Below, in pieces: positions 63,123-64,000 of a stretch of DNA of 64,000 nucleotides (within the stretch, counting starts at the first letter, position 1; each line of letters opens with the position of its first letter). Source of the DNA: Lingula anatina (Eukaryota; Animalia; Brachiopoda); NCBI GenBank assembly GCA_051362555.1, contig CM120640.1:50880788-50944787 (forward strand), read 5' to 3'. The notes beneath the pieces were generated by a model. The model ran no database searches. It saw only the letters and a program-made list of their open reading frames with translations, and was not told the DNA's origin. The translations under genes and the position numbers were made by a program.

Positions 63123-64000
63123 TATGATATGCCTTTTTAGAAAGGGATCTAACTTTCATCCAAAATGTCACTGTCTAAAGTTTGGACACTGTCTAATGTT
63201 TAGAACAATTAATGTTAGAACAATTAATTTCATCTGTTTATGAAACTGTTTGTTCACTTGCTCAGAGAATATGGTCTTTTCAGCTTGACAGATACTGTTG
63301 GCAGCTCATTGGAATGATAATAGTACAGTAAATCAGGCAGTGTGGGGAATTCTGTGTCTTCTTTGAGCCAATATCCTTCTTCTGGCTGCAAAATCATTTA
63401 AATTAAATTTCTATTTAGTAAGGTACCACTGTCTATAAAAAGCAGAATGATAAAGTGCTTTTAAAATGTTCACCAGATCAAATGAGGTATGCAGCATACA
63501 ACAAGCCTAAGGGTACCAAATTATGTACAAAATGTGTCGTATCATCTGTCTGATTAACAAGTTTAAATATGGGAATGACAAAGTTATCTTTGTTGAAATA
63601 CATTTAACTATTGCTAATTGCCTTTCACCCCATAAAAAAGAACACAATGAAGAATGAAGCTTATGAAAAATGTATTAATTTTTATAGGAATAGAAAAAAG
63701 GTTTATTTAGGCCAGCATCTGACAAATATCAATACCTTGTGGCATATCCGGTACTTTTTTGGATGCCCTGATGCATAAACAACTAGAACCTGCAAATTCA
63801 AAAGGAAATGTTAATTAAACTTCAAGAACATGACAGGTGATACAGAGAAAACAGGAAAGTCTACAAATACTGAATACTGATGTTTCATCTACATCCCATA
63901 CACTTCTTCAGGGAACCAAACTAATTGTCAAATGTCAACCAGGGCCTTGTCCCTTAACTCGTGTTATTGGAAGTGCAGCCTGCCATGTCTATTCAGACGT

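Noticed and set aside
1-64000. CRISPR arrays, rRNA/tRNA genes, prokaryotic operons, non-canonical or U12 introns
   Set aside because: None seen. The sequence is eukaryotic, and all 31 reconstructed introns are GT-AG without the U12 GTATCCTT donor.

Overview
AT-rich, intron-containing animal genomic DNA, probably a lophotrochozoan such as a mollusc (inferred from protein and repeat style, not proven). I reconstructed two multi-exon protein genes by hand, both on the minus strand, with GT-AG introns and consistent phases at every junction. (1) A complete insulin/IGF-like peptide receptor (InR): 24 coding exons from 48313 to 17975, about 1526 aa, including a 73-nt signal-peptide exon that the ORF track misses. 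(2) Directly downstream, a 9-exon, about 473-aa Cys-less (Pro-loop) pentameric ligand-gated ion channel from 14763 to 9750. The rest is intronic or intergenic DNA with non-autonomous DNA transposons, microsatellites and a 3.9-kb P-element-like insertion. The most notable observations are: the channel has no signal peptide and a charge distribution suggesting inverted topology with a cytosolic sensor domain; the InR insert domain carries two or three furin sites flanking a coiled-coil segment that could be excised; and the InR 5' leader is dense with upstream ORFs below a FOXO/HRE/CRE motif cluster. All calls come from manual reading; no database searches were run.
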